DNA of 64,000 bases from the human T2T-CHM13v2.0 reference genome, Homo sapiens. Positions 16,441 through 28,910 of the stretch are shown one piece after another. The stretch lies in the NCBI RefSeq assembly GCF_009914755.1, contig NC_060925.1, one strand, 5' to 3'. The translations under genes were made by a program, and so were the position numbers. Position 1 is the stretch's first letter. Each line of letters opens with the position of its first letter. The notes beneath the pieces were generated by a model, which saw nothing but the letters and a program-made list of their open reading frames with translations, had not been told where the DNA came from and did no database searches.

Positions 16441-18184
16441 CCGAACTTAATTTTCTGTGTCTTAATATCTTAATTGTATATTTCTTAATTATGTAATCAT
16501 GTAATATTCAGATATTGAGGCAAAGACTTTTCCAGATGAAAAAGACCTAACAGTTTTTATCACAATGAGGAAAAGGAACCAATATGATTAATTAAGCAAA
16601 TTACTGAAAGATGCACTTACGTGGGTGTGATAATAGGAGCATATCATAGTTGATGAGATCCGAAGTGATGTCATCCTGTAGGAATGAGGGTGGAAGGGAT
16701 TGCATAGGGTGCTTGAAGAAGTGGTGAATGTCTGAACTGCAGTGGAGGGAATAGGAAGCAAAATGAATAGAGGTAGTGAACAGCTACAGTGTACTTAAAA
16801 TTACATTTTTAATAGCAGCTGTTGGTAGAGTCTTAGCAGTCCTGCTCCATAGCTGGAGTTTGTGGGCAGAACATAGGAATTCAGGTAGTTGGATTGATCT
16901 AAGGATGTGAGTTTGCAAGCTGGTTGTAGCACAGGGGAGGGAACTACTGAGGGAACTGGTTTGAAAAAGCAGCTGATTTGGTCAATCATAGGTTGGCAGG
17001 ATGTGCTGCTTAAGGAAGGAAATGGAACAGGAACAGGTCTGATACACATGGACATATTTTTGCTAATGAGGCAGTGGGAAAGACGGAAGAAGATTAGGAT
17101 CAGATGGGGGGAAATTCAAGTAGAACATTTCAGAGAGAATGGCCCAGTCCGGGTTATGGCCATGCACTTTGGAGTTTTTGATAGAATGGTTTCCAGAAAG
17201 CACTGTAGATGAGTCAGTTCTGGTCAGACTGCCTGAAAATGAAATGAACCACTTGTTCTCAGCTGTGATAAATACAGTTTTATTACTGCAGGACTATTTA
17301 GTTTATGTGTTGAGTCTACTAAAGTGTTGAGCAGTTATACAAATGTATTGCTATCTGAACTATGCGTCATTTTCATGAATTGTGGTGTGCGGTGTTATAA
17401 AATCCTTGCATTTTATAGCGATTAGATTTTTAGTAATCTTTTTAAGTATGTTTGAATATAGTGTTTCCTTGATTTTTTTTTTTTTTTTGGTATGGAAGTA
17501 TTTTCCTTTGAATTCCTTATCGTATGCTAGTTTGTACCTCTTTAGCATTTAGGAGAAATGCTAAAGGAGAAAATCTTTGTTTCCTCAAATAGTTTTTCAC
17601 TCTGAGAAATGTTGAAAAATGTGAAGAAATAGATTTTCAGCCTGGGGAATTATTTATTCCTGGCAATTTGGCATGAACTTGACTGCTCTTAGAGAGACTA
17701 TAGTAAGTGGTAAATAAATAATCTTCCCATTGGATTCAGCAAAGGTCAGAATCTAATGAGGATCTAGACTTTATTTTGAAATCCACAATTTTTAGGGCCT
17801 TGGAAAACTTGCAAAGGATTCAGAAAATCACTGTGGAAGAAAAAGGTTTTAGACATATATATTTTCTTATCTTTTTTTTTTTTATTTTCTGGAGAAGTAA
17901 TAGTCCATGCGTGAATTAAGAAAGATTTTCAACAACTTGAAAAATTATAGGCTAACCACTTTGGTTAGGTTTTCTTCATTTGCACCAAGAATTTAACAAA
18001 CTTAATTAAATTCAGGTCAATGCCATGAAAATTATTGTCTGGTTAATCCGGTTATGATCAATTTGATAAATGCAAACTTCAAAGGTGGTTCCTTGCCGGG
18101 GTCCTGCAGAGTGTGTGAAACAAAAGTGAGATATGGTTTTTGCCTTCAAGGAAATTTTGCTATCAGGATAGAGGTGCGACATTC

Positions 18185-18736
18185 TGTATTAGTCAGAGTT
18201 CTCTGTAGGGACAGAACTAACAGGATAGATGTATATATGAAGGGGAATTTAGTAACGAGTGCTGACTCATACGATCACAAGGTGAGGTCCCACAATAGGC
18301 CATCTGCAAGCTGAGGAACAAGGAAGCCCGTCCAAGTCCCAAAGCCTCAAAAGTAGTGAAGCCAGCAGTGCAGCCTTCAGTCTGTGGCCGAAGGCCCAAG
18401 AGCCCCTGGCAAAGCACTGGTGTAAATCCAAGAGTCCAAAAGCTGAAGAACTTGGAGTCTGATGTTTGAGGGCAGGAAACATCCAGCACGGGAGAAAGAT
18501 GGGGGCCAGGAGACTCAGCAAGTCTTGTCTTTCAGCCTTTTTCTGCCTGCTTTTATTCTGGCTGTGCTGGCAGCTTATTAGCTGGTGCCCACCCGGATTG
18601 AGGATGGGTCGGCCTCTCCCAGTCCACTGACTCAGTGTTAATCTTCTTTGCCAGCACCCTCATAGGCACACCCAGGAGCAACAATACTTTGCATCCTTCA
18701 GTCCTATCAAGTTGACACTCAATACTAACCATCACA
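18185..18736 (-). mobile_element. ERVL solo LTR (MLT2A-like)
   Basis: tgtattagtcag...aaccatcaca; 5-bp TSD cattc on both sides. Confidence 0.92.
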
Positions 18737-19009
18737 CATTCATTGGTGAAAAATCAGCAATATAAAACAGCATATGGTTGCATAAATTCTCAGGATTCTT
18801 TCAACTGTGGATCTATGAAAACTAATTTTATATCTGAAAACATCATCTCATATGCATGGAAAAGCCTGAATATTAATGTTTTCTACTAAAAATTAAATGA
18901 TATGTTATCTACACTGATATTAAATAAATTCCAAATTGTGCCAATTTGAATTTACATCAGAAATGTTCGTTAATTAGCCGAGTTTTGTTTATTATAATAT
19001 TTCTGTAGT

Positions 19010-19606
<597 letters not shown>

Positions 19607-21444
19607 TAATGAATGAAGTAAAAGTAGATACGAATCAGAAAATAAGTAGGAAAACTGCAGATTCTGGGGGGATTACTTTTGCCATTCTCGGGCATATTTT
19701 TAATAATGGTGAGCAAATTGATACTTTGGGTTGATACCCCTCTTTCTTCTCTGGCCAAGTAAGAGACAGAAACCACAGAAAACAGCATAGTACATTTTCT
19801 ATAACTGTAGTATAATTTTGAGTGCATATTTCTTTGAATTTGGTTTAAAGGAACCTCAAATTTTCCATCGATTGCTAAAGTTATGTGTTCTGTGACTATC
19901 TACTTTAGTTGTGATTCTCTCAGTTGTTTGCTTAGGAGTCTCATCCAGTATAGTGATGGAGCTGGGATATCAATCATTCAGGAAACTGACTCCATCAGTG
20001 TGTCAGTCACATAAGAGTAATCAATGTAGGGTTCCCAAATCTCATTACTTCTATTCCTTCTGCTGTGCCTATGGCACAGGATGACAGTTTTGGAAAGACA
20101 GTAAGGGTAATGATAAGAAACATCAAAGTATCCTTTTCTTGAGTTCTGATTTTAAAATAAGCCTCATTTAGCCAAGAATTGACAATGACTAGACCAAGAC
20201 ATGTTTGACCTGTGTCTGTCATTAGCTTCCTCAGTAACTGAATGAAGAAATCAACGTCACCTGATACCTGTTAACTTCTAAAGTCTATTAGTGTCACATT
20301 GAGGTCCTGGCACTGCCCTCACTATTATTCAAGGTCTTGTTTTACTGGAAGAACTTGATCTCGACGGCTATCTGCTTTTGTTTTTCCCTAATAGTTCTGG
20401 ACAGATATGTTGATTTGTAACATCAGATGAGATGCACACGTGTGAGTCCAGACTGAAATAGCTTTGTGAGTCTTGCTGTGAAATCTCATTTGTGTTTTTC
20501 TGGCCATTCCAGGGAAATTGCAGGCAGACATGGGTAGGATGCTTTTCTTCTAAAAACTTGATGTATTAGATATGAAATTAATTATTGGCCCCTAGTTTCA
20601 GTGCTTAGAGTAATTTAGGGAAGCCCATTACACAAACTGGCATTAGCATCCTCCCCACCTCCTTTTATCATCGTCATTATCATCATTACTGAGGTTGAAA
20701 AAAAGACACCACTTTCTGGGTGGAATTTTCACTGGATGAGGGGCTCCCAGGGCTGCTGAGGCCTCACTCCTCCTGTGGCTCTCTGATGACTCTGGCATTG
20801 GACTCTTGTCGGGAAGGCTGATGACAGTCCCATTGTGGGCTCCCATTATCTGTTGGAGATGGACTGGAAGGTGACGTATATTCAGGATTTGTTTGATAGG
20901 CACCATTTGGTTCTATCTGAGTTATTTTATCATATCTACTGATACACTGAATTACTTGCCAGATGAATCAACAAAGGCCTATCTCAATTTGGATGGATTT
21001 CCTCAGAGAAGAGAAAGGCAGCTCTAGATAAATATGAGTGCAAGATAAAATGTTCGTAGAGAAATGGGAGAAATAGGGCTGGGGTAGACAGAAACCTTAA
21101 TGTAGGATTCAAAAGATGCTATTTGTTACTATGAATTTTATTGTACACAAAAAAGTAGTTTTATCCTAACACCATTAAAATATGATATTTACTTATACAA
21201 TTTGCATTAACATTTCCCTCAAGGTAGGCATGTGTGCCTGATATGCCTATGAATATATTTTTGTGTCTGATGATAGTCTCCCATTTCTTTGTCATTCATT
21301 TCTTATTGCAGTCTCTTTTTCTACCTCTTTTTGAGTCTGAGCACTTGAACATTGGGAATAGATTTGATGGTCACTTGGCAAAATCTCAATTTCCCTCAGT
21401 GCATGTCTTTTACAAATTATACCTGTACTTTCCTTTAAACAACA

Positions 21445-21736
21445 TTTTTTTTTTCAGTCAGGGTCTCGCTCTGTTGCCTAGGCTGGAGTGCAGTGGCACT
21501 ATCTCAGCTCACTGCAACCTCCGCCTCCTGGCTTCAATTGAGTCTCCTGCCTCAGCCTCTTGAGTAGCTGGGATTACAGGCATGCATCACTGCACCCAGC
21601 TAATTTTTATAATTTTAGTAGAGACGTGGTTTTGCTATGTTGGCTAGGCTGGTCTTGAACTCCTGGCCTCAAGTGATCAACCCACATCGGCCTTCCAAAG
21701 TGCTGGGATTACAGGTGTGAGCCACCGGGTCCGTCC
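21445..21736 (-). mobile_element. Alu (AluS/J)
   Basis: Full dimer; degenerate TSD ttta(a)acaaca. Confidence 0.95.
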
Positions 21737-22724
21737 TTTAACAACACCTTTTTAATGGAAATCTTGTTCTGAACAGTTTTCGTTCCAGCATTCTGAAGAT
21801 GGCATCTGCATCTTCTGAGCATGCTTCTTCCTCAGCCGTTTCCTCTGGGCTCTGATCTCTTTGCTGTGTGGTGGAAGGGATGGAAAGGAGGGAAAGGACA
21901 ATTGGAACCAGCAACGCAACATTGTGAATGCTCAGCCCTTCCAAACAACATAGTCACCATAGAAACAACTTTCTAAAGTAACATAATAACATTTTCTTGA
22001 AAAGATAACCTGTTTGCCATTCTTGGAGGCAGGGGAGGCAGAGGCCCAGACATGCTGTGGCCCAGACAGCAGCTTCTAAGCGGATGGAGCCTGAACCCAC
22101 CCAGTTTGGACAAAGAAGCCTCCATACTCCCTGTGAAAAAGATTTCCAGAAGCTGTTGTGAAAAAACCACCATCACCACCACCACACACACCCCACCCAC
22201 CCACCAACACTAAAGATCATTCTTGAGTCTGATTTGAAAACTAGGGTCACATGTTATCAGGTTGTTTTGTGTATTAAATGGGTGTTAATACAGGTAGGTT
22301 ACTTAGAATAGTTCCTAGGGTATAGTAATTGTGTGAGTTTTAGAAATTGTTGTTATTATTGCTGTTTAGTGTATATTATTCTTAAATGTTTATAAAATGA
22401 CAATATCTGATGTTGGCTAAGTAGAGGAAATGAGTATTTTCATACATTGTAGGTAAGAGTATATATTGGATCATTATTTTGGGAAGAAAGTTTTACAATA
22501 TGTCTCAAAAGTCAAACTAAATGAAATCTTTAATAAATAAAATTCTACTTTGGGTATTTAACCAATAATCTATACAATTATTTGCCCCAATGGATATTCA
22601 TAGCAGTGTTACTTACAATGGTAAAAAGTTAGCAAAAACTTGACCTCCAGGTAAATAGGTGGTTTGAATTTATTCATTGAATTTCATTTACTTTCTAAGC
22701 TTCATTAAAACTGTAGTAAAAATT

Positions 22725-23510
<786 letters not shown>

Positions 23511-24289
23511 TTACCAAAACAAAAACAAAAACAAAAAAAAAAAAAAAGAAAGAAAACTAGGGTCGAATCCTGCAAATGCATTCAGGTGACGGGGTCCCAC
23601 CCTAACAGCCATGTCAGTAGCTCTCATCCATCACGCCTGGGAAAATGCTCCATTCCGCATTCCTTAGCTCTGGTTCTGGTTTCAGACTTCACTTTATATT
23701 GGCGGGGTTTTAAAGCTAGAGGAGTATTTACCTACTTACTCTTATGTACAGATCTGAATATGGAGGTCAGGAGGGGCAAATGACATGTCCTAAGTCAGAG
23801 GAGATTCAACAAGAAAACCAGACAGTCAACGACTGAGCCCCTGGCATATGCTGGGCATTGGTGAGCTGTAGGGATGTGGTGATGGAGAAAACAGAGTCCC
23901 TTCTTCAAGGAGCTCAATCCAGCAAGGGAGGCAGATTCTTTGCAGGCAGGACCAGGCTTCCCTACAGCAGAAGGAAACTAAATCAGGGTAATGAGCCTCA
24001 GCAGGGACGGGCCTCCCCACTGCCCTGAGAGGACACAGGGCTGTGGCATGGCCCTGCTTTGACCGGCTAGCTGTGCAGTAGGGCCAGGTGGGGCCTGGAG
24101 TGGCCTGAGCTAGGGGCTGACATGAGCTCCCCCAAGGCACTGCATAAGTAACGTTAGCCTCTATTTGCACAGCAAAATCAAGGACATGGTTTTCTAGAAC
24201 ACAGGCTGCACCCTCTCCCCCAAGCCTAGCAAATGGGCTACGCTGGTTGGTGGGCCCTTGTTTGTGACAGGGTTGGAATACACCACAGG

Positions 24290-25507
24290 GTTCCGAGTGC
24301 TGAGTTGTGGCCCACAGGTGACTGGCAAGGGGAGGCAGAGCTGTAGAGCCCTTGGGAGCCATGGAGGGCTTGCTGCCTGCCACGAAATGCTCTCTCAGCA
24401 GCTGCTGGTCCAGCTGTGGGCAGCCGTACAAGCTGTTTACAGCATCCTGGGACAGGTGCTTGCAAACATATGGATGCCATGGGGGATCCGAGCCTGCAGT
24501 GCCATGGTGGCGTTTGTGGCCAAGAGACTATGTGCAATCAGAAGGAGGGAAGAGCTGGCCCAGCAGAATTTGGTCCAGGGTGAGGGCCACAGAAAGGTCA
24601 GAGGCAGGATGGGGCTGGCACCCAGGCTGGTGGTGGCCTCACATCACCTATGCCTGAGGCCAGTCCTGGATTGCCCCAGAAGAAACAATTTCTTTACTCC
24701 AAAGAAATCCAAAGGAGTTAAAAAGTGAGAGCCCAAATCCAGTCTGTGCTCAGGGAGCAGGCCTCTCTGCAGGGGGCAAGGGCACGGCTGGAGACGGAGG
24801 TCCTGCAGCTGCAGCTGAGGCCCCCACTCTTCCTGCACTGGGCAGAGAGCCGTGATGGGGCCTCAGCAGGAGTGCATGGAGGAGGACGCCTACTGTCTGG
24901 ACCTGGACCGGAGGCTTGGCAAGATGCAGGACAACTGGAAGCCGTGAGTCAGACCCGCGACTGGCTCAAGAAGATTGCACAAGACCTGGTCTAGAAATTG
25001 GAGAAGTTCCAGCGGGAGATCCTCTTCCACGAGGAAATGGCTCAGGAAGTGTGGATGGCCACCGGGTCCACCAAGCGGGTGCTCCAGGAGCTCCAGGAAG
25101 AATATGACTTCAAGAGGCAGAAGCCGGCTCACTGGGAGGCCAAGTTCCAGCCTTTCTGGACAGTGCTTTGGCTCCTAGGGCTCCAGCCACAGTCTGCAGG
25201 GCCTGGAAGTACCAGGGGGACCGTGAGCCACTAGGACCCCCAGGAGGGAGGTGAGTCATCACCTGAGGGCTTGGGTCCAGAGCATCTACCTGTTTGATTC
25301 CATTTTCCCTGCAGCCAGGTCCTGAACACCCTGAAACTCGGCCGAACATGAGCCTGAGCTGCTCCCTCGAAAACACTTTTATCTCTTGTTACTTTAGATA
25401 CCATTTATTAATTGAAACTGAAATTGTTCTTAGTGAAGTTGGATAGATAGCGTTAGGAGTGTAAGATACTGTTTTACCAATGAAGATTGTTGGATGTAAA
25501 AAAGAAA
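24290..25507 (+). pseudogene. Processed pseudogene of the cTAGE5/MIA2 family (internally deleted, diverged)
   Basis: Kozak ggagccATGG at 24361. Stitched frames give LLVQLWAAV..(YG)MPW..RL..EELA, then QIQSVLREQASLQ..LETEVLQLQLR, EEDAYCLDLDRRLGKM and KKIAQDL..FQREILFHEEMAQEVWMA..KRVLQELQEE..KRQK..EAKFQ. This is colinear with the cTAGE5 N-terminus and second coiled coil as recalled (EQASLQ; HEKKAHDNWLAAR; RQKLTETELKF). No introns; stops at 24719 and 24992; several frameshifts; AATGAA at 25479 and an A-remnant at 25498-25507. Confidence 0.82.
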
Positions 25508-26065
25508 GTTTTTCACACTTGTTTCTCCATAATAATTCAAGTACTTCTATTTGCATTTGTGTCAAATTACATCCCTATACATATAATACTAAAAGACTTA
25601 TTTATATGTTTACAGATACACTTGGCATTGTGTCATACTATTATATTTATCTCATAATTTAAATGTTAAATAATATTGTGTCATGTAGATATGCTTTAAT
25701 TTATGAACTTAATTCCCTATTGTGAACTATTTAGTTTGTGTCCATTCTGTGGCTATTGAATACTGCAAATTAGTTTGTTTATTCAGAAAATCCTCATTCG
25801 GGCATTCACCAATCTACTATTGGACACTATCCCGGCCATTGCATTTTTATGGAAGAAGCCTAACATTGAAAAGACTACTGATAATGAGTTCCATGGGACC
25901 AGCTGTTACAGGAAAAGTAGTTTTTGTGGAATATTTTAGGTTAGTTTACCTAAATTCCTATGAGAACTGTCCTTTCAAAATATTCATAACGGGCTATAGA
26001 ACAAAATCTATTTATTCACTTGCTGTGGTTTGAATGTGTTTCCTCTAAAATTCAGGTGATGCTTG

Positions 26066-26192
26066 GCTGGGTGCAGTGTTTCATGCCCGTAATCCCAGCA
26101 CATTGGGAGGCCAGATCTCTTGAGCCCAGGAGTTTGAGACCAGCCTGGACAACAGTGAAAACCTGTCTCTACCAAAAAAAAAAAAAATTAAA
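26066..26192 (+). mobile_element. FLAM/Alu left monomer
   Basis: Single arm with A tail; degenerate TSD aattcagg.g.tgc. Confidence 0.85.
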
Positions 26193-26311
26193 AAATAATT
26201 CAGGGGTTGCCAATGCGATAGTATTAAGAGGTAGGGCCTTTAAGAGGTAATTAGGTGATGAGAGCTCCTGCCTTATGAATGGGATGAAGGCCTTTAAAAA
26301 AAAGTCTTCAT

Positions 26312-26580
<269 letters not shown>

Positions 26581-26844
26581 AGGAGGCTTCATGCAGCCTT
26601 CATCTTCTTTTGCCCTTCTGCCTTGAGACCATGCAGTAAGAAGCCCTCACCGGATGCCGGCTCCTTGATCTTGGAATTCCCAGCCTCCAGAGCTGTGAAA
26701 AAATAAATTTCTGTTCTATATAAATTACCCTGTCTCAGGTATTTTATTTTAGCAAAATGGACTGAGACACCACTAGTAGAATAGCTATCCTCTAAAACAA
26801 TTTTCATCCTTTTCAGCCTGGCACATAACTGCAAAACAATAGTA

Positions 26845-26924
26845 TTAGGTTGGTGCAAACGTAACTGTGGTTTTTGCAATTACTTTTAATTGTAAAAACT
26901 GCAATTACGTTTGTATCAACCTGA
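26845..26924. mobile_element. MADE1 (Hsmar1-derived MITE), 80-bp palindrome
   Basis: ttaggttggtgcaaa...tttgtatcaacctga inverted repeats after a TA. Confidence 0.93.
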
Positions 26925-26958
26925 GAGCATATTAATCTTTTCTTGTTTTTCACCTTAG

Positions 26959-27028
26959 GTGGGGTCTTTGAAACTAGCTGGAGAGTATTAGGTGCTGAAA
27001 AGAGTATAAGGATTCAGATTTGTTCCAG
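26959..27028 (+). other. Candidate 70-nt non-coding exon
   Basis: Polypyrimidine tract tcttttcttgtttttcaccttAG and donor CAG|GTGAGG; no transcript evidence available. Confidence 0.4.
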
Positions 27029-27579
27029 GTGAGGCCCATACAGCTTTCACCCACTGTACCTCCCAGGATGAACTGATGTTGGTTGACCAGCGGGAGTTGT
27101 GGTAATAGTTCATACACAAGGGCACGTTTGCTCTGTTGCAGCCAGCACCGGCACACCATATGCATGCATTTTGTAATTGTTTTCGTCTGAATGAATTAAG
27201 ATATATGTTGCATAGCTGATCATTTTGAAGTTATCGCTGGTAACCATTGAGCCAGAGACAAAAACAGGTGCTATCCTCATGGAGTTTGCTGATTCTAGGA
27301 TTTCTTGACAATAGGGATGATTTTGAGTGTTCAAGACATCAGGCTAATGTGGGCTGCTGAGTGATTGCCTTCTGTGTGGGTTTATGTGTGTGTTTTCCTC
27401 TGCTGAAGCATTCTATAGTCTACATTACATAAAATAAGATGTTCCATGTGATTTCCTTTGAAGAATGCTTGAGTAATATAGCTGTTGAACTAGAAGTGCT
27501 GAGCAGTATATGCTTCTTGGGATGTCTTATGTAACATTTGGTTGGATGGACCTGATTTTCAAAATGTCATCATCTTAAA

Positions 27580-27940
27580 AGTTTTATTTCTGCTTTATGG
27601 TGGCATAATTGTCAAAAATTATATATATTCAACGTATACAATGTGATGTTTTGATATACACGTACATTGTGAAATGACGACCAAAACCAAGCTAATGAAC
27701 GTATTTATGACCTCACAGAGTTACCTTTTTTCTGTGTGTGTGATGGAAACACGTCAGTTCTACTCTCTTAGCAAATTTCAAGTGTCCAATACAGTGTTAT
27801 TAACTACAGGGACCCACCCTACTGTACATTAGGTCTCCAGAACTTATTTGTTTTATAACTTTAAGTTTATACCCTTTGACCAACATCTTTGTATTTCCCC
27901 TCGCTATGACCCCTGGTAACTACCCTACTACTCTCTCTCA
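27580..27940 (-). mobile_element. L1MA/MB 3' end
   Basis: tacaatgtgatgttttgatatac...tctactctcttagcaaatttcaagt. Confidence 0.85.
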
Positions 27941-27954
27941 TCTGTACAACCAAA

Positions 27955-28016
<62 letters not shown>
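27955..28016. repeat. (TG)n(TA)n microsatellite
   Basis: Directly visible. Confidence 0.97.
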
Positions 28017-28017
<1 letters not shown>

Positions 28018-28520
28018 ACTGTAATTGAACTATGATTCAGCCATGTGAAAATTTTTTAAAAAGTTTAATATTAATATAACATATGTATGTAACACTTATA
28101 TATAAAAATATAGGTATACATGTGTTACAGCACACATAATGATTATATATGTGTAACAGGATACATATTTATATATATAAATGTACTGTAATTGAACTAT
28201 GATTCAGCCATATGAAAAATATTTTAGAAAGAGTTTATGCATATAGAAGTGCTAATGATATATAAAGTTTAAAAAAGACATGCATTATATGAACAAGATG
28301 ATTCCAAATTCAGTTTTGAAAATAAAAGCATAAAATATACATATATTTAGATATATCTGTATCTAGCTACATCACATTTGCTCTATCCATTTATCCATTA
28401 ACAGATAAATGATATAACAGGTCTTTACAAATTGCATATAACATATAGGTATATATGTCTTATTTACATATATTAAAGCCTTATTCTGATACTATAGTTA
28501 TGGTACAGTGTAAAATCTGC

Positions 28521-28525
<5 letters not shown>

Positions 28526-28558
<33 letters not shown>
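28526..28558. repeat. (TG)n microsatellite
   Basis: Directly visible. Confidence 0.97.
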
Positions 28559-28560
<2 letters not shown>

Positions 28561-28614
28561 TTTTTTTTTTTCTTTGGGAAGTGTGAGTCCAAGTGATTTG
28601 AAAATGCCAGAGAG

Positions 28615-28910
28615 GGCTGGGCACAGTGGCTTCTGCCTGTAATCCCAGCACATTGGGAGGCTGAGGCAGGCGGATCACTTGAGTTCAGGAGTTGGAGACC
28701 AGGCTGGGCAATATAGCCAGACCCTGTCTCTACAAAAAATTTTTTAAAAATTAGCCAGGTGTGGTGATGCATGCCTATAGTTTTAGCTACTTGGGAGGCT
28801 GAGTTGGGAGGATCACTTGAGCCTGGGTATTTGAGGCTGTAGTGACCTATGATTGTGCCACTGCACTCCAGCCTGGGTGACAGAGCAAGATCTTGTCTCA
28901 AAAAAAGAAA
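28615..28910 (+). mobile_element. AluJ
   Basis: Full dimer; TSD gccagagag. Confidence 0.95.

Noticed and set aside
24258-25234. ORFs 24258..24728, 24725..24994 and 24998..25234 as separate genes
   Set aside because: Consecutive frame fragments of one disrupted cTAGE-like pseudogene.
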